A DNA stretch of 20,000 bases from an uncultured virus (IMG/VR IMGVR_UViG_3300020046_010987) (lineage: Duplodnaviria > Heunggongvirae > Uroviricota > Caudoviricetes), in the IMG/VR virus record IMGVR_UViG_3300020046_010987. One strand, written 5' to 3'. Positions within the stretch are counted from its first letter, which is position 1. Each line of letters starts with the position of its first letter. The position numbers were made by a program, and so were the translations under genes. Below the pieces are notes generated by a model that saw nothing but the letters and a program-made list of their open reading frames with translations, was not told where the DNA came from and searched no databases. Shown here in pieces: positions 1 through 7,843 of the stretch.

Positions 1-2507
1 CTCTCGAGATCAGCGAGGTACTTGATGGCGGCGCTCTTCTCGAGCGGACCCTTGTCCTCGGACAGCGCGCTGCGCACCGAGAACGTGCGGGCACCCGCGT
101 TGTCTACGCGCACCTTGCGCGCGCCCATCGCGCCCATCGCGTTCATGCCGAGGTCGATGACCTGCGACGGGGTCGTGATGAAGTCGTTGCGGGACTCGTA
201 GGGCATATCCTTGAGCGGGACCCAGCGCCAGGATGCAGGGATCAGGACGTAGCCGGAGTCGCGCGGGCGCACGGGCCGCTTCATCGGCGAGCGCGGGTCG
301 ATGCGGAAACGCTTGCCGTGCCGGAACTTGCCCGTGATGACGCCGTCTGCGGACGTCGCGATCTCTGCGAGCGTCACCGGCTTGGTGGCGTAGTAGTGCG
401 AGCCCGTCTGCCAGATGAAGGCGCCATACCCTGAGGCGACCTTCGCGGTCTTGTTGCCCCAGACGCGCCCGTACAGCGGCGTGCCCTCGAGCAGCTTCTC
501 AGTCATCTGTTCGCCGACGATCTGGTCTACGGTGAAGTTGCGCCCGTCGCCGAGCAGCACGAGGCGCTCGGACTTGTGGGAGCGCTCCACATCCGGCTCC
601 GGGCAGTTGAGATTGCCCTTCGAATCGGGCTCGGGGTGCGTCGCGAAGGTGCCGGGCGTCTTCGTGATGACCGGCTTCACCTGCGAGGTGTTCTTCGGCG
701 AGTACTGCCGCTCGCTGTTCTCGAGGTCGAGCGGATCCTGCACGATGAGCGCGGGCACGCGCTTGCCGTCGAACGCCCAGAGCAGGTACACGCCCGGTTC
801 GCGCGCATCGTGCGCGTCATGGTACTCCTGCTTGATGACGGCTTGGTTGCGCGCAGGGCGCTTGCCGTCGTCCTCGTAGTAGTACCCGCGCATCGCGACG
901 CCGCGGAACGCCGCGCCAGCACGAGGCCCGAAGGCCTGGACGCCGTCGGTCGAGCGGACGATCTTCAGGCCCCCTTCGGGGGTCTGCCCCGCAACCTTCG
1001 CGCGCGGCTTGAGCGCGGCGACGAGCTCCTTGTCGCCATAGATCTGAGCGGCGAGCTTGAGCAGCGGCACGTGCTTCTTCAGCACGGTCGCGAACGCGGT
1101 CTTCACGTTGTTCGGCGCGCGCTCGAGGTAGTCGAGCAGGCGAAGCGGGCGCTCGTGCGGCTCGGCGAACGCGTGCTTGAACATCGGCTTCGGGTCTTCG
1201 AAAGCCGCGTAGCGGTACATGCCCCCGTAGGGGTCTTGCTGTGGTGCGCTGTTCGGACGCAGCGCGTTCGAGATGCTGCCGGGGCGTGCCGCGGAGATAG
1301 ATCCGATGCCGAGCCCCGCGAGCTGCCCGATCTCATCACCGAGGCCTTCGAGCTGCGGGTAGCGCGTGTTCATGCGGCCGCCGAGCGCGCGCCCGAGGGT
1401 GCCGCCGAGCGTTCCGCCGAGCGAGCCCTTGAGTGCGCGGCTGCCCATGTCCGAGTAGTCGTCGTCGTAGACGCTGGTGAGCGCGCCGCCGAGGCCGCCG
1501 AGAGCAGCGTTCTCTGCAACGACGCCTGCGAGGTCGTCGGCCTTGCCGCCGAGCCGCGCGAACAGCCCCTGTGACGCGGCAGAGCCCATCTTCATCGGAT
1601 CAGCCGCGGGCATCTGTCCCGGAGCAGCCTGCGCGGCGCCCGGCGCCATCGGTGCGGGGGCTGCAGCTCCCGGCTGCTGCATGTTCGGACCGGGGGCAGG
1701 GGGCTGCTGCGGCGCAGCACCCGGCGCCATGCCCGGTTGCGCGCCAGGCTGCCCGCCCGGAGCCATCCCGCCTACGCCAGCCGCCGCAGCTTCCTGCGGC
1801 ATCATCCAGGTCTTGACGTAGCTCTTGTACATCTTGGACATGATGTTCATGTCCATCTGGCCCTGATCGAGCGCGACGCCCGGCGTCATGCCGTTGAGCT
1901 GCGAGAACTGCGCGACGAAGCCTTCCCACATGCCCGGGTCGAAGGCTTCCTCTGCGCGCTTGCACATCGACACACCGAGCGGGTGCGTCGAGTCTGCCGC
2001 GATCTTCCAGAGCACCTTCTGCTCGGGGGTGCCGCGCTCGACGGCGCTCGCGTAGGAGTAGCGACCCGTCGTCGGCGGGACGACGAGATTGCGGATGTCC
2101 ATGTCGGTCGCGACCGTCGGCGGCAGCTTCTGGGCTTCGCCGAGGCCCTGGCTGCTGTTGCGCAGCACCTCCTCGACCCACTCCTGCGTGAAGGGCACGA
2201 AGGTGCCCTTGTTCACGACGAAGAGGATGTCGAGGGGCGAGACCTCGTCGGCATGGAACGTCACGGGGACGTAAGCAGCTTCGCCAGCGAGATCGAGGAT
2301 GAAGGCGCCGACGGCCGTGCCCGCGTCGGGATCACTCGTCACCATCTTGAACGTGACGATGGACTCGGTCAGGTCGGGATGCCGGGCGTCGAACGCCTGG
2401 TAGGCCTGGTCGGTCACGTGCTGTTCGAAGAACTGAGCCTTCGATGCATTCGTCGGCGTCTGCTCGAGGGCATCGATGGCCGGGCCAAGGGCAGCGATCT
2501 TCGTCAT
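1..2507 (-). CDS. Large hypothetical protein, probably virion-associated (>835 aa; runs off the left end of the window)
   Basis: Not in the ORF track because it has no stop in the window. Hand translation from ATG 2507 (MTKIAALGPAIDALEQ...) is open to position 3 with GC3-rich codons. It has a Pro/Gly/Gln/Ala low-complexity tract (~1590-1800), glycine-zipper segments (GSLGGTLGGTLGRALGG) and many K-x-A motifs (KIAA x2, KHAF, KTAF, KLAA, KVAG, KTAKVAS, KSAA). The function is inferred. Confidence 0.85.
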   Translation of the reverse strand, partial: MTKIAALGPAIDALEQTPTNASKAQFFEQHVTDQAYQAFDARHPDLTESIVTFKMVTSDPDAGTAVGAFILDLAGEAAYVPVTFHADEVSPLDILFVVNKGTFVPFTQEWVEEVLRNSSQGLGEAQKLPPTVATDMDIRNLVVPPTTGRYSYASAVERGTPEQKVLWKIAADSTHPLGVSMCKRAEEAFDPGMWEGFVAQFSQLNGMTPGVALDQGQMDMNIMSKMYKSYVKTWMMPQEAAAAGVGGMAPGGQPGAQPGMAPGAAPQQPPAPGPNMQQPGAAAPAPMAPGAAQAAPGQMPAADPMKMGSAASQGLFARLGGKADDLAGVVAENAALGGLGGALTSVYDDDYSDMGSRALKGSLGGTLGGTLGRALGGRMNTRYPQLEGLGDEIGQLAGLGIGSISAARPGSISNALRPNSAPQQDPYGGMYRYAAFEDPKPMFKHAFAEPHERPLRLLDYLERAPNNVKTAFATVLKKHVPLLKLAAQIYGDKELVAALKPRAKVAGQTPEGGLKIVRSTDGVQAFGPRAGAAFRGVAMRGYYYEDDGKRPARNQAVIKQEYHDAHDAREPGVYLLWAFDGKRVPALIVQDPLDLENSERQYSPKNTSQVKPVITKTPGTFATHPEPDSKGNLNCPEPDVERSHKSERLVLLGDGRNFTVDQIVGEQMTEKLLEGTPLYGRVWGNKTAKVASGYGAFIWQTGSHYYATKPVTLAEIATSADGVITGKFRHGKRFRIDPRSPMKRPVRPRDSGYVLIPASWRWVPLKDMPYESRNDFITTPSQVIDLGMNAMGAMGARKVRVDNAGARTFSVRSALSEDKGPLEKSAAIKYLADLE

Positions 2508-2556
2508 GCGGGAATCTCGTGGGCAAAAGGGCGGCGTGCCATGAGCATGCTACCCG

Positions 2557-2596
2557 AAAAAGGAAAAGCCCGCTCGCAAGATCTGCGAGCAGGCTT
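2557..2596 (-). terminator. Rho-independent terminator
   Basis: Minus strand reads AAGCCTGCTCGCA-GATCT-TGCGAGCGGGCTT then TTCCTTTTT: a 13-bp stem with one G-U pair and a U-rich tail, about 20 nt after the stop of the 2616-3800 gene. Confidence 0.85.
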
Positions 2597-2615
2597 CCAG
2601 AGACGAGAAGCGACT

Positions 2616-3800
2616 TCAGGCGACGCGAGCAGTCGCGGCGCTGAGCTGCGCGAGGGCCGCGGCAGTCTTCTCTTCGGTGAGCTTGCGCACGGCGGCGTCT
2701 TCCTTGTGCTCCGCGCGATTGCCGAGCTCGGCCGCAGCTGCCTCGAGCGCCTGCGCGACCTCGTAGTCGTCCTCGCCCTCGCTCGCCGTCTTCACAGCCG
2801 AGAAGAACGCGTCCGGGATCTGGGCGACGGTGGCCTGGTCGATGCCGCTGACGCTGGCGACCTTCGTGAGGTAGTTGACTTGCTGCGCAGGGGTGAGCGC
2901 GGCGCACGCACGGATGTGCGCGACTTTCTGCACGTCCGTGAGCGCGGTCGGCAGGAACTGGATCAGGAGCGCTGCAGTACGCTCGAGGTGGCGCTCGGCC
3001 GCAGTCTTCGGGGCGCTGACGCTGTTGCTGCCGGTCATCGGCTTGTCCTTCGGCTTCACCGAAGTCTCGGCGCCGAGGACGGCCGAGCCCGACGCGGTCA
3101 GGCTGGTCTTGCCGACGCCGGTGTTGGCGTAGCCCGCGGGGCGGTTCTTGTTGTCGAGCGCAGCCTGGTCGCTGTGCGCCGCCGCGTTCGCGACGGTGTT
3201 CGGCGCGGTGCCCGTGCGTCCGCCAGCAGCCGCTGCCTTGAGAACGCCGCCCATCTTCGAGGTGTTCTCGATCGGCGAGTTGCTTCCGCCCTCGGTGGGC
3301 GCGCCGTGCTGGACCTGCTCTTCGACACCGACCTGGCCGCGGCCCTTGTCGATGTAGTTGCCGACACCGGTGTTGGCGTAGCCGGCCGGGCGGTTGTGCG
3401 CGTCGAGCGCCGCCTGCGAGCTGTGCGCAGCCGCAGCTTCGACCGAGTTCGGACCTTCGGTCTCGTACGCGATCTTGTGCATGATGTTCGACGCGTCGAC
3501 GGTCGCCTGCGCGACGGGGTCGATGGCCGCGGCCTGCTTGCTGAGCTCCGCCGAGGCCCCGCCCGTCTGGGCGTTCAGGGCGTCCGCAGCGCGGCTCAGG
3601 CTGATGCAGAGGTCGGACGCGACCTTGAGCGAGACCTTGTCTCCCTCGAAGTACGGGTCCGGCATGCCGGTGTTGTCCGCGACGAAGTCCGCCGCGTAGT
3701 CCGCCGCTTCCTTCGACGTGTACGCGACCTCGCCGACCTGCATGAGGTGGGCGTTGAGGCCTCGGACGAATGCGCGCTTGTAGAGCGGCGACTGAGTCAT
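2616..3800 (-). CDS. Ala-rich hypothetical protein with an internal ~30-aa duplication and many K-x-A motifs (putative head/scaffold-type virion protein)
   Basis: ORF track 2616..3869. The start is moved to ATG 3800 because GGAGG lies 8 nt upstream. A candidate promoter precedes it and a terminator follows it. Confidence 0.85.
   Translation of the reverse strand: MTQSPLYKRAFVRGLNAHLMQVGEVAYTSKEAADYAADFVADNTGMPDPYFEGDKVSLKVASDLCISLSRAADALNAQTGGASAELSKQAAAIDPVAQATVDASNIMHKIAYETEGPNSVEAAAAHSSQAALDAHNRPAGYANTGVGNYIDKGRGQVGVEEQVQHGAPTEGGSNSPIENTSKMGGVLKAAAAGGRTGTAPNTVANAAAHSDQAALDNKNRPAGYANTGVGKTSLTASGSAVLGAETSVKPKDKPMTGSNSVSAPKTAAERHLERTAALLIQFLPTALTDVQKVAHIRACAALTPAQQVNYLTKVASVSGIDQATVAQIPDAFFSAVKTASEGEDDYEVAQALEAAAAELGNRAEHKEDAAVRKLTEEKTAAALAQLSAATARVA
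3111..3447 (-). repeat. Imperfect direct repeat inside the CDS (two copies, ~3111-3200 and ~3360-3447)
   Basis: NSVEAAAAHSSQAALDAHNRPAGYANTGVG versus NTVANAAAHSDQAALDNKNRPAGYANTGVG; also visible in the DNA (ccggtgttggcgtagcc in both copies). Confidence 0.9.
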
Positions 3801-3873
3801 GAGCATTTCCTCCACGATGTGATCTTGGGGCAGTTGCACCGCACACGTGGCGGTGGACAGGCGAGACACGGAA

Positions 3874-3903
3874 ATAATGCCTCGGAAGGGGGTGGCGAGT
3901 CAA
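3874..3903 (-). promoter_or_regulatory. Sigma70-like promoter candidate
   Basis: TTGACT-N18-CATTAT in the intergenic region about 75 nt upstream of ATG 3800. Confidence 0.45.
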
Positions 3904-3922
3904 CAGGGGGCGTCGAGGGCCT

Positions 3923-4429
3923 TCAGCGGACCCTGAAGGTTCGCAGGGCAGCGGTCTTGCCTTCGTTGTAGGCGTCATAAACGCCCTTGCCCAAGAGGGC
4001 GGTACCGCCAAGGGCTGCGGTGCCTCCGAGGGCGTACAGCGCGCCCCTGCCGGTATGGAATCGCCGCGCAGCGTTCTCGGCTGCTTCTCTAGCAGCGGTT
4101 GCATCCCGCGCCCGGTACCCCGCGAAATCACTTGCGCGGTAATAGCGATCTCGCGCAGCCTGGACCAAATCTTCTGCAGCTGCAGGGGTTCCAGGCGCAC
4201 CTGGGAGCGGAGGAAGGCCTTGTCGGTGGCGCTGTGCAGCGTCGGAAAATTGCCGGTACGCTACCTCATGCGCGTTCGCTGCGTGCATGTGGGCGTTCTG
4301 CGCAACTTCCGCGCCCGCCTGGGCTGTAGCTACCGCGGGCTCCTTGAGCATGCGCCACGCAGGGCCTAGGCCGGCACCCCCTGCGACAAGGGCACCGCCG
4401 CCAAGCATCTCTTTCGTCGAGTCGTCCAT
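3923..4429 (-). CDS. Hypothetical protein with two glycine-rich hydrophobic segments
   Basis: 168-aa ORF with an AAGGGAG Shine-Dalgarno before the ATG. Hydrophobic segments are GGGALVAGGAGLG and ALGGTAALGGTALLG; the C-terminus is AYNEGKTAALRTFRVR. Confidence 0.8.
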   Translation of the reverse strand: MDDSTKEMLGGGALVAGGAGLGPAWRMLKEPAVATAQAGAEVAQNAHMHAANAHEVAYRQFSDAAQRHRQGLPPLPGAPGTPAAAEDLVQAARDRYYRASDFAGYRARDATAAREAAENAARRFHTGRGALYALGGTAALGGTALLGKGVYDAYNEGKTAALRTFRVR

Positions 4430-4465
4430 GTTACTCCCTTTCTACCACGAATCTCCCCACAGAGA

Positions 4466-6262
4466 TTAGTAGTGCCCGTCGAAACCTTCGCCGAACTCGG
4501 CGCTATAGATCATGGCGGGAATCGGCGATGCGCCGTGAATGTCGCTCGTGTGCGCCTGGTGCGCCGCGTCGAGAAGCGTCTGCTTGAGCAGGCGATGCCC
4601 CATGCGGGCCATCCAGTCGGGGTTCAAGAGCGGATTACGCGTGGCAGGCGCCATGATGGGCGACACCTGCGGAGCGCCCGCGGCGGTCTTCACGGACTTC
4701 ACACCGCGCCGGCGTAGATCGGCCATCAGGCCCGAAGTGATGCGGGTGCCTGGAAGGTGCTCGAACACCGGCGCCGCGAGGTACTCGCCCTCGGCGTCTG
4801 AAAGCGGCGTGTCCTCGATCGAGTCTTTCACGATCTGCCGGAACTTGTTGTAGGTGATGACGTCGCCCCGAACGACGCCATGGTCGTTCTGACCGATCTT
4901 GTCGACCTTCATGTGATTCAGCGTACTCTTGGCGAGGATCTCGAGGTGCCGGCGATCGACGTCGATGCCTGCGTCCCTGTAGATCGTGCCGAGCTGGTTC
5001 ACCAGGTAGTCCCGACCGGCACCGAGGCCCTTGAGCGCCACGACCTCCATCGGACGCGGCGTGCCTTCGGAGAGCACGTCCCCGGCATGCACTGAGTCGC
5101 CCGCCTTCACGACGGCGCGCAGCCCCGGTAGTGCGTGCACGCGGTGTTCGCCCATGTGGAAGAACGTACCGCCCTGGGGCGCGGCTTCGATCTTCGTTAC
5201 GGTGCCCTTCACCGGCGCGAGCGCCGCCTTGCCCTTGAAGGTCACGGGGCTTTCGATCAGCGCCCGGAAGCCCTCGAGACCGCTGACGCCCGCGGCGCCG
5301 CCCGCTGTGCGCACGCCGTGCTTGGCGTTGAGCGCGAGCTGCGTGAGGGGTTCGCCCATCGCGTGCGAAGCGCGCACGCCGACGTTGTCCCCGATGCGGT
5401 TGAGCTTGCCGGTGACGGCGCGACCCATGCAGAGCTGGCACACGCCGGTCGAAGCCTCGCACGTCATCGGAGAGCGCACGATGACCTTCGTGATGTTCTT
5501 CTTGCGGAGTTCGTCGACGACGCGTTTGTCGATGAGCGTGTTGTGCGGGAAGCCGCCCGCGGCGCCTGCGAGGTATCGGTCGTAGATCTCAGACGACGTC
5601 GTTTGGAACTCGAGGCCGTTGTAGCTGCCGCAGTCGTGCGTGGTGACGACTTGGCCGGTGGTGTTGTTGACGATGATCTTCGAGAGGTCGCCCGGCTCGG
5701 TGACCTCGATGGTCGACTTCACCGCGGCCATGCGCGCTTCGCGATTCGCGGTCCACCAGTCTGCGGGCTTGAGGCCCTCGCTGTAGGAGTTGCGGATCAG
5801 CCAGGGCTGCGCCACGTCCCGCTCGTCGTTTGCGGCCACGGGGCTGCCCACCGTCTTCATCAGCTGCACCTGGTTACCGCGGCCGCCTGAACGCGCCATC
5901 GCGCCGAGCGTTCCGGGATGGTCCTTGGTCTGCGCGACGAGCTTCGCCTGCGTGTCCATGACGACCTTGCGGCGTTGCGTGTCGGTCGTCGCCTTGTTGA
6001 AGGCGGAGATCGCGGGCTTCATCACGGCATCCCGCGTCGCGTGGATCGGTGCGATGTCGTCGAGACCGACGCTGATGCCCTCGAGCGTCGCGAGCTCATC
6101 GCCCAGGTTCTTCACCCGGACGATGGTCTGCGTGTACGTTTCGGGGTCGTCTTGCGCGAGCCGCACCATCTGCTTGTAGAGCGCCCCGCGCGTCCAAGCC
6201 CCTTGTGGGCGATAGCCGGCGGGTACGGCGTCATCGAGCAGGTGCTGGCCGAGCGTCTTCAT
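4466..6262 (-). CDS. rpoC: DNA-directed RNA polymerase beta' subunit, C-terminal half
   Basis: Collinear beta' motifs: GISVGLDDI, MARSGGRGN (cf. MADSGARGS), IRNSYSEGL, bridge helix ending HDCGS, zinc site RSPMTC..GVCQLCMG, trigger loop GEPLTQLALNAKH, and YLVNQL..IYRDAGIDVDRRHLEI. Confidence 0.93.
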   Translation of the reverse strand: MKTLGQHLLDDAVPAGYRPQGAWTRGALYKQMVRLAQDDPETYTQTIVRVKNLGDELATLEGISVGLDDIAPIHATRDAVMKPAISAFNKATTDTQRRKVVMDTQAKLVAQTKDHPGTLGAMARSGGRGNQVQLMKTVGSPVAANDERDVAQPWLIRNSYSEGLKPADWWTANREARMAAVKSTIEVTEPGDLSKIIVNNTTGQVVTTHDCGSYNGLEFQTTSSEIYDRYLAGAAGGFPHNTLIDKRVVDELRKKNITKVIVRSPMTCEASTGVCQLCMGRAVTGKLNRIGDNVGVRASHAMGEPLTQLALNAKHGVRTAGGAAGVSGLEGFRALIESPVTFKGKAALAPVKGTVTKIEAAPQGGTFFHMGEHRVHALPGLRAVVKAGDSVHAGDVLSEGTPRPMEVVALKGLGAGRDYLVNQLGTIYRDAGIDVDRRHLEILAKSTLNHMKVDKIGQNDHGVVRGDVITYNKFRQIVKDSIEDTPLSDAEGEYLAAPVFEHLPGTRITSGLMADLRRRGVKSVKTAAGAPQVSPIMAPATRNPLLNPDWMARMGHRLLKQTLLDAAHQAHTSDIHGASPIPAMIYSAEFGEGFDGHY

Positions 6263-6278
6263 GGAGCTAGGCCGGATC

Positions 6279-6930
6279 TTACCAGGTCCCCTTCAGGTAG
6301 TCTCGCAGCTTCCAGACCCTACCGGTGAGGTGGTCGACGACTTGCCCGTCGGGTACGCGTACGGTTCGGCGCTTCGACCCTTCGAGCTGCTCCCTACGCC
6401 CTGCGTTGCGGTCGAGGTGCGCGCCTGTGCGGGCCGCGGCGCCGAGTCGCGCACGGAGCACTTCGAGCGCAGAGGCGCGGTTTTGGATCTGAGAGCGCTC
6501 GGACTCACAACGCACGATGATCCCTGTAGGCACGTGCTTCATCATCACGGCCGACTCGGTCTTGTTACGGTGCTGGCCTCCTGCGCCCGAGCCTCTGCAC
6601 ACTGAGATCTCGAGGTCACGTTCCGGGATCGAGAGCGTGCGCTCAGAGACCTCGGGCAGCACGGCCACGGTGACGGTGCTCGTGTGAACACGACCGCGCT
6701 TCTCGCCCGGAGGCACACGCATCCAGCAGTGCTTGCCAGTTTCGTCTCGGAACAGGTCTGCGGCGCGAGAGCCTGCGATGCGGAGCGTCACGCTGCTGGG
6801 GCGTGCGTCGAGCAGCGCGCAGTCAAAGACCGTGGAACGCGCAGCGCCGGAGATACATCTCCTGCTGTTCGAGAACGAGGTCCTTGGCGTCAGATCCACC
6901 TTCGCCGGCACGGATTTCGAGGATCAACAT
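6279..6930 (-). CDS. Short class-I peptide chain release factor (RF1-like, lacking domain 1), about 216 aa, expressed through a predicted +1 frameshift at CTT-TGA-C
   Basis: The frame from ATG 6930 gives MLILEIRAGEGGSDAKDLVLEQQEMYLRRCAFHGL* (cf. RF1 LEIRAGTGGDEA...MY.RY). The +1 frame from 6824 gives DCALLD...RVPPGEKRGRVHTSTVTVAVLP...RGSGAGGQHRNKTESAV...H.PTGI.V.C..ERSQ..N. The GGQ motif is intact. Confidence 0.9.
6822..6828 (-). other. prfB-type +1 programmed ribosomal frameshift site (CTT TGA C)
   Basis: Exact CTT-TGA-C heptamer at codon 35, exactly where release-factor similarity switches frame. Confidence 0.8.
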
Positions 6931-6940
6931 GCGCAACAGG

Positions 6941-7843
6941 CTACTGGGTAGCTGCGGCAGCGGTCAAGAGCCTGCGTGCGCGTTGTATTGGGCTTGGCGC
7001 GAGCACCCGCGGAAGGGGCCACCCTTGTTTGATGCGCCAGCGGACTGTCTGTTCGTCAATGCCCAGATCTCGCGCCCATTGCGCATACGTGAGACAGCGT
7101 CCTGCGTATGTTAGGGTTTTAGTGCACCTACGGTTATTCAATTGTGTTGTTCGTGTCGCCCAACGACAGTTTTCCGGCGCGTATCCTTGGTTGGTATCTA
7201 TTCGATCCAGCGAATATCCAGGCCCCGGATGGGGTCCGATATCCTGTTTGAACTGCGACAGGCCCCGCTTTCCACGCCATTGTGTGCAGACAACGATTCC
7301 GCGAGCGCCATAGCGCGCGTACTGTGGGTTGTTTGGGTTGTGGCAGCGTTGGATCGCACGTCGAAGGGCGGCTGCTGCAGGGTCTGCGCCCTTAGCTTGG
7401 TCCACCTTCGCAGCAGGCGTGGTGAACGCACGCTCTATCGGCCAGCCTAGTTTGTTGATACGGGTGTGCACTAACGAATCGCGCAGTCCGTACACTGCCG
7501 CCCACTGTTTGAACGTCTTAGTTGTTTCAAATAGCGTGATTTTTCGGGTATTCCTAGTGTTATTTGCCTGCTCTGATCGGGTGGCCCACCGACAATTGTC
7601 GCGCGTGTAACCGCCCGTCACATCTACACGGTCCAAACTGTGTAGAACACTAGGACGGGGCCCCATATCGTGGATGAATACGTTGAATCCTTCAGAGCCG
7701 CGCCATGCTTCACACACCTGGACCCCTTTTGCGCCGTATGCAGAGTACGAAGCATTGCGCGGGTTTGTACAGCGAGCTACGGCGTTCCACAGCGCATGAT
7801 ACTCTGCGCGGTACTCTTGTACGCGGTACTTATGTTTTTTCAT
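6941..7843 (-). CDS. Free-standing HNH-family (putative homing) endonuclease with two tandem copies of the domain
   Basis: Two repeats of RC.NP.N..Y..YGA.G..VC..W...F..D.GP.P....SLDR.D...GY...NCRWATR..Q.NN.R followed by T..QWA...G....RI..GWP. GC content is visibly lower than the flanks (line 7501-7560 has 24/60 G+C). Confidence 0.85.
   Translation of the reverse strand: MKKHKYRVQEYRAEYHALWNAVARCTNPRNASYSAYGAKGVQVCEAWRGSEGFNVFIHDMGPRPSVLHSLDRVDVTGGYTRDNCRWATRSEQANNTRNTRKITLFETTKTFKQWAAVYGLRDSLVHTRINKLGWPIERAFTTPAAKVDQAKGADPAAAALRRAIQRCHNPNNPQYARYGARGIVVCTQWRGKRGLSQFKQDIGPHPGPGYSLDRIDTNQGYAPENCRWATRTTQLNNRRCTKTLTYAGRCLTYAQWARDLGIDEQTVRWRIKQGWPLPRVLAPSPIQRARRLLTAAAATQ

Noticed and set aside
1590..1800. 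DNA tandem repeat or CRISPR-like array
   Set aside because: This is only protein-level Pro/Gly/Gln/Ala low complexity. No repeat-spacer array, tRNA or rRNA was seen anywhere in the window.
576..3971. Long plus-strand ORFs (576-1574, 1737-3971) and the minus-strand 2332-4200 ORF
   Set aside because: These are antisense or alternate-frame shadows of GC3-rich real genes: Arg/Leu/Val-rich, without motifs, and some cross a terminator.
6823..6825. UGA read-through or stop-codon reassignment
   Set aside because: Similarity continues in the +1 frame and not the same frame. TGA, TAA and TAG all end genes normally in this window.
6279..6911. Track ORF start (MPAKVDLTPRTSF...) as the release-factor N-terminus
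   Set aside because: Those first 29 residues have no release-factor similarity, while the other frame from ATG 6930 matches the conserved LEIRAG.GG motif.
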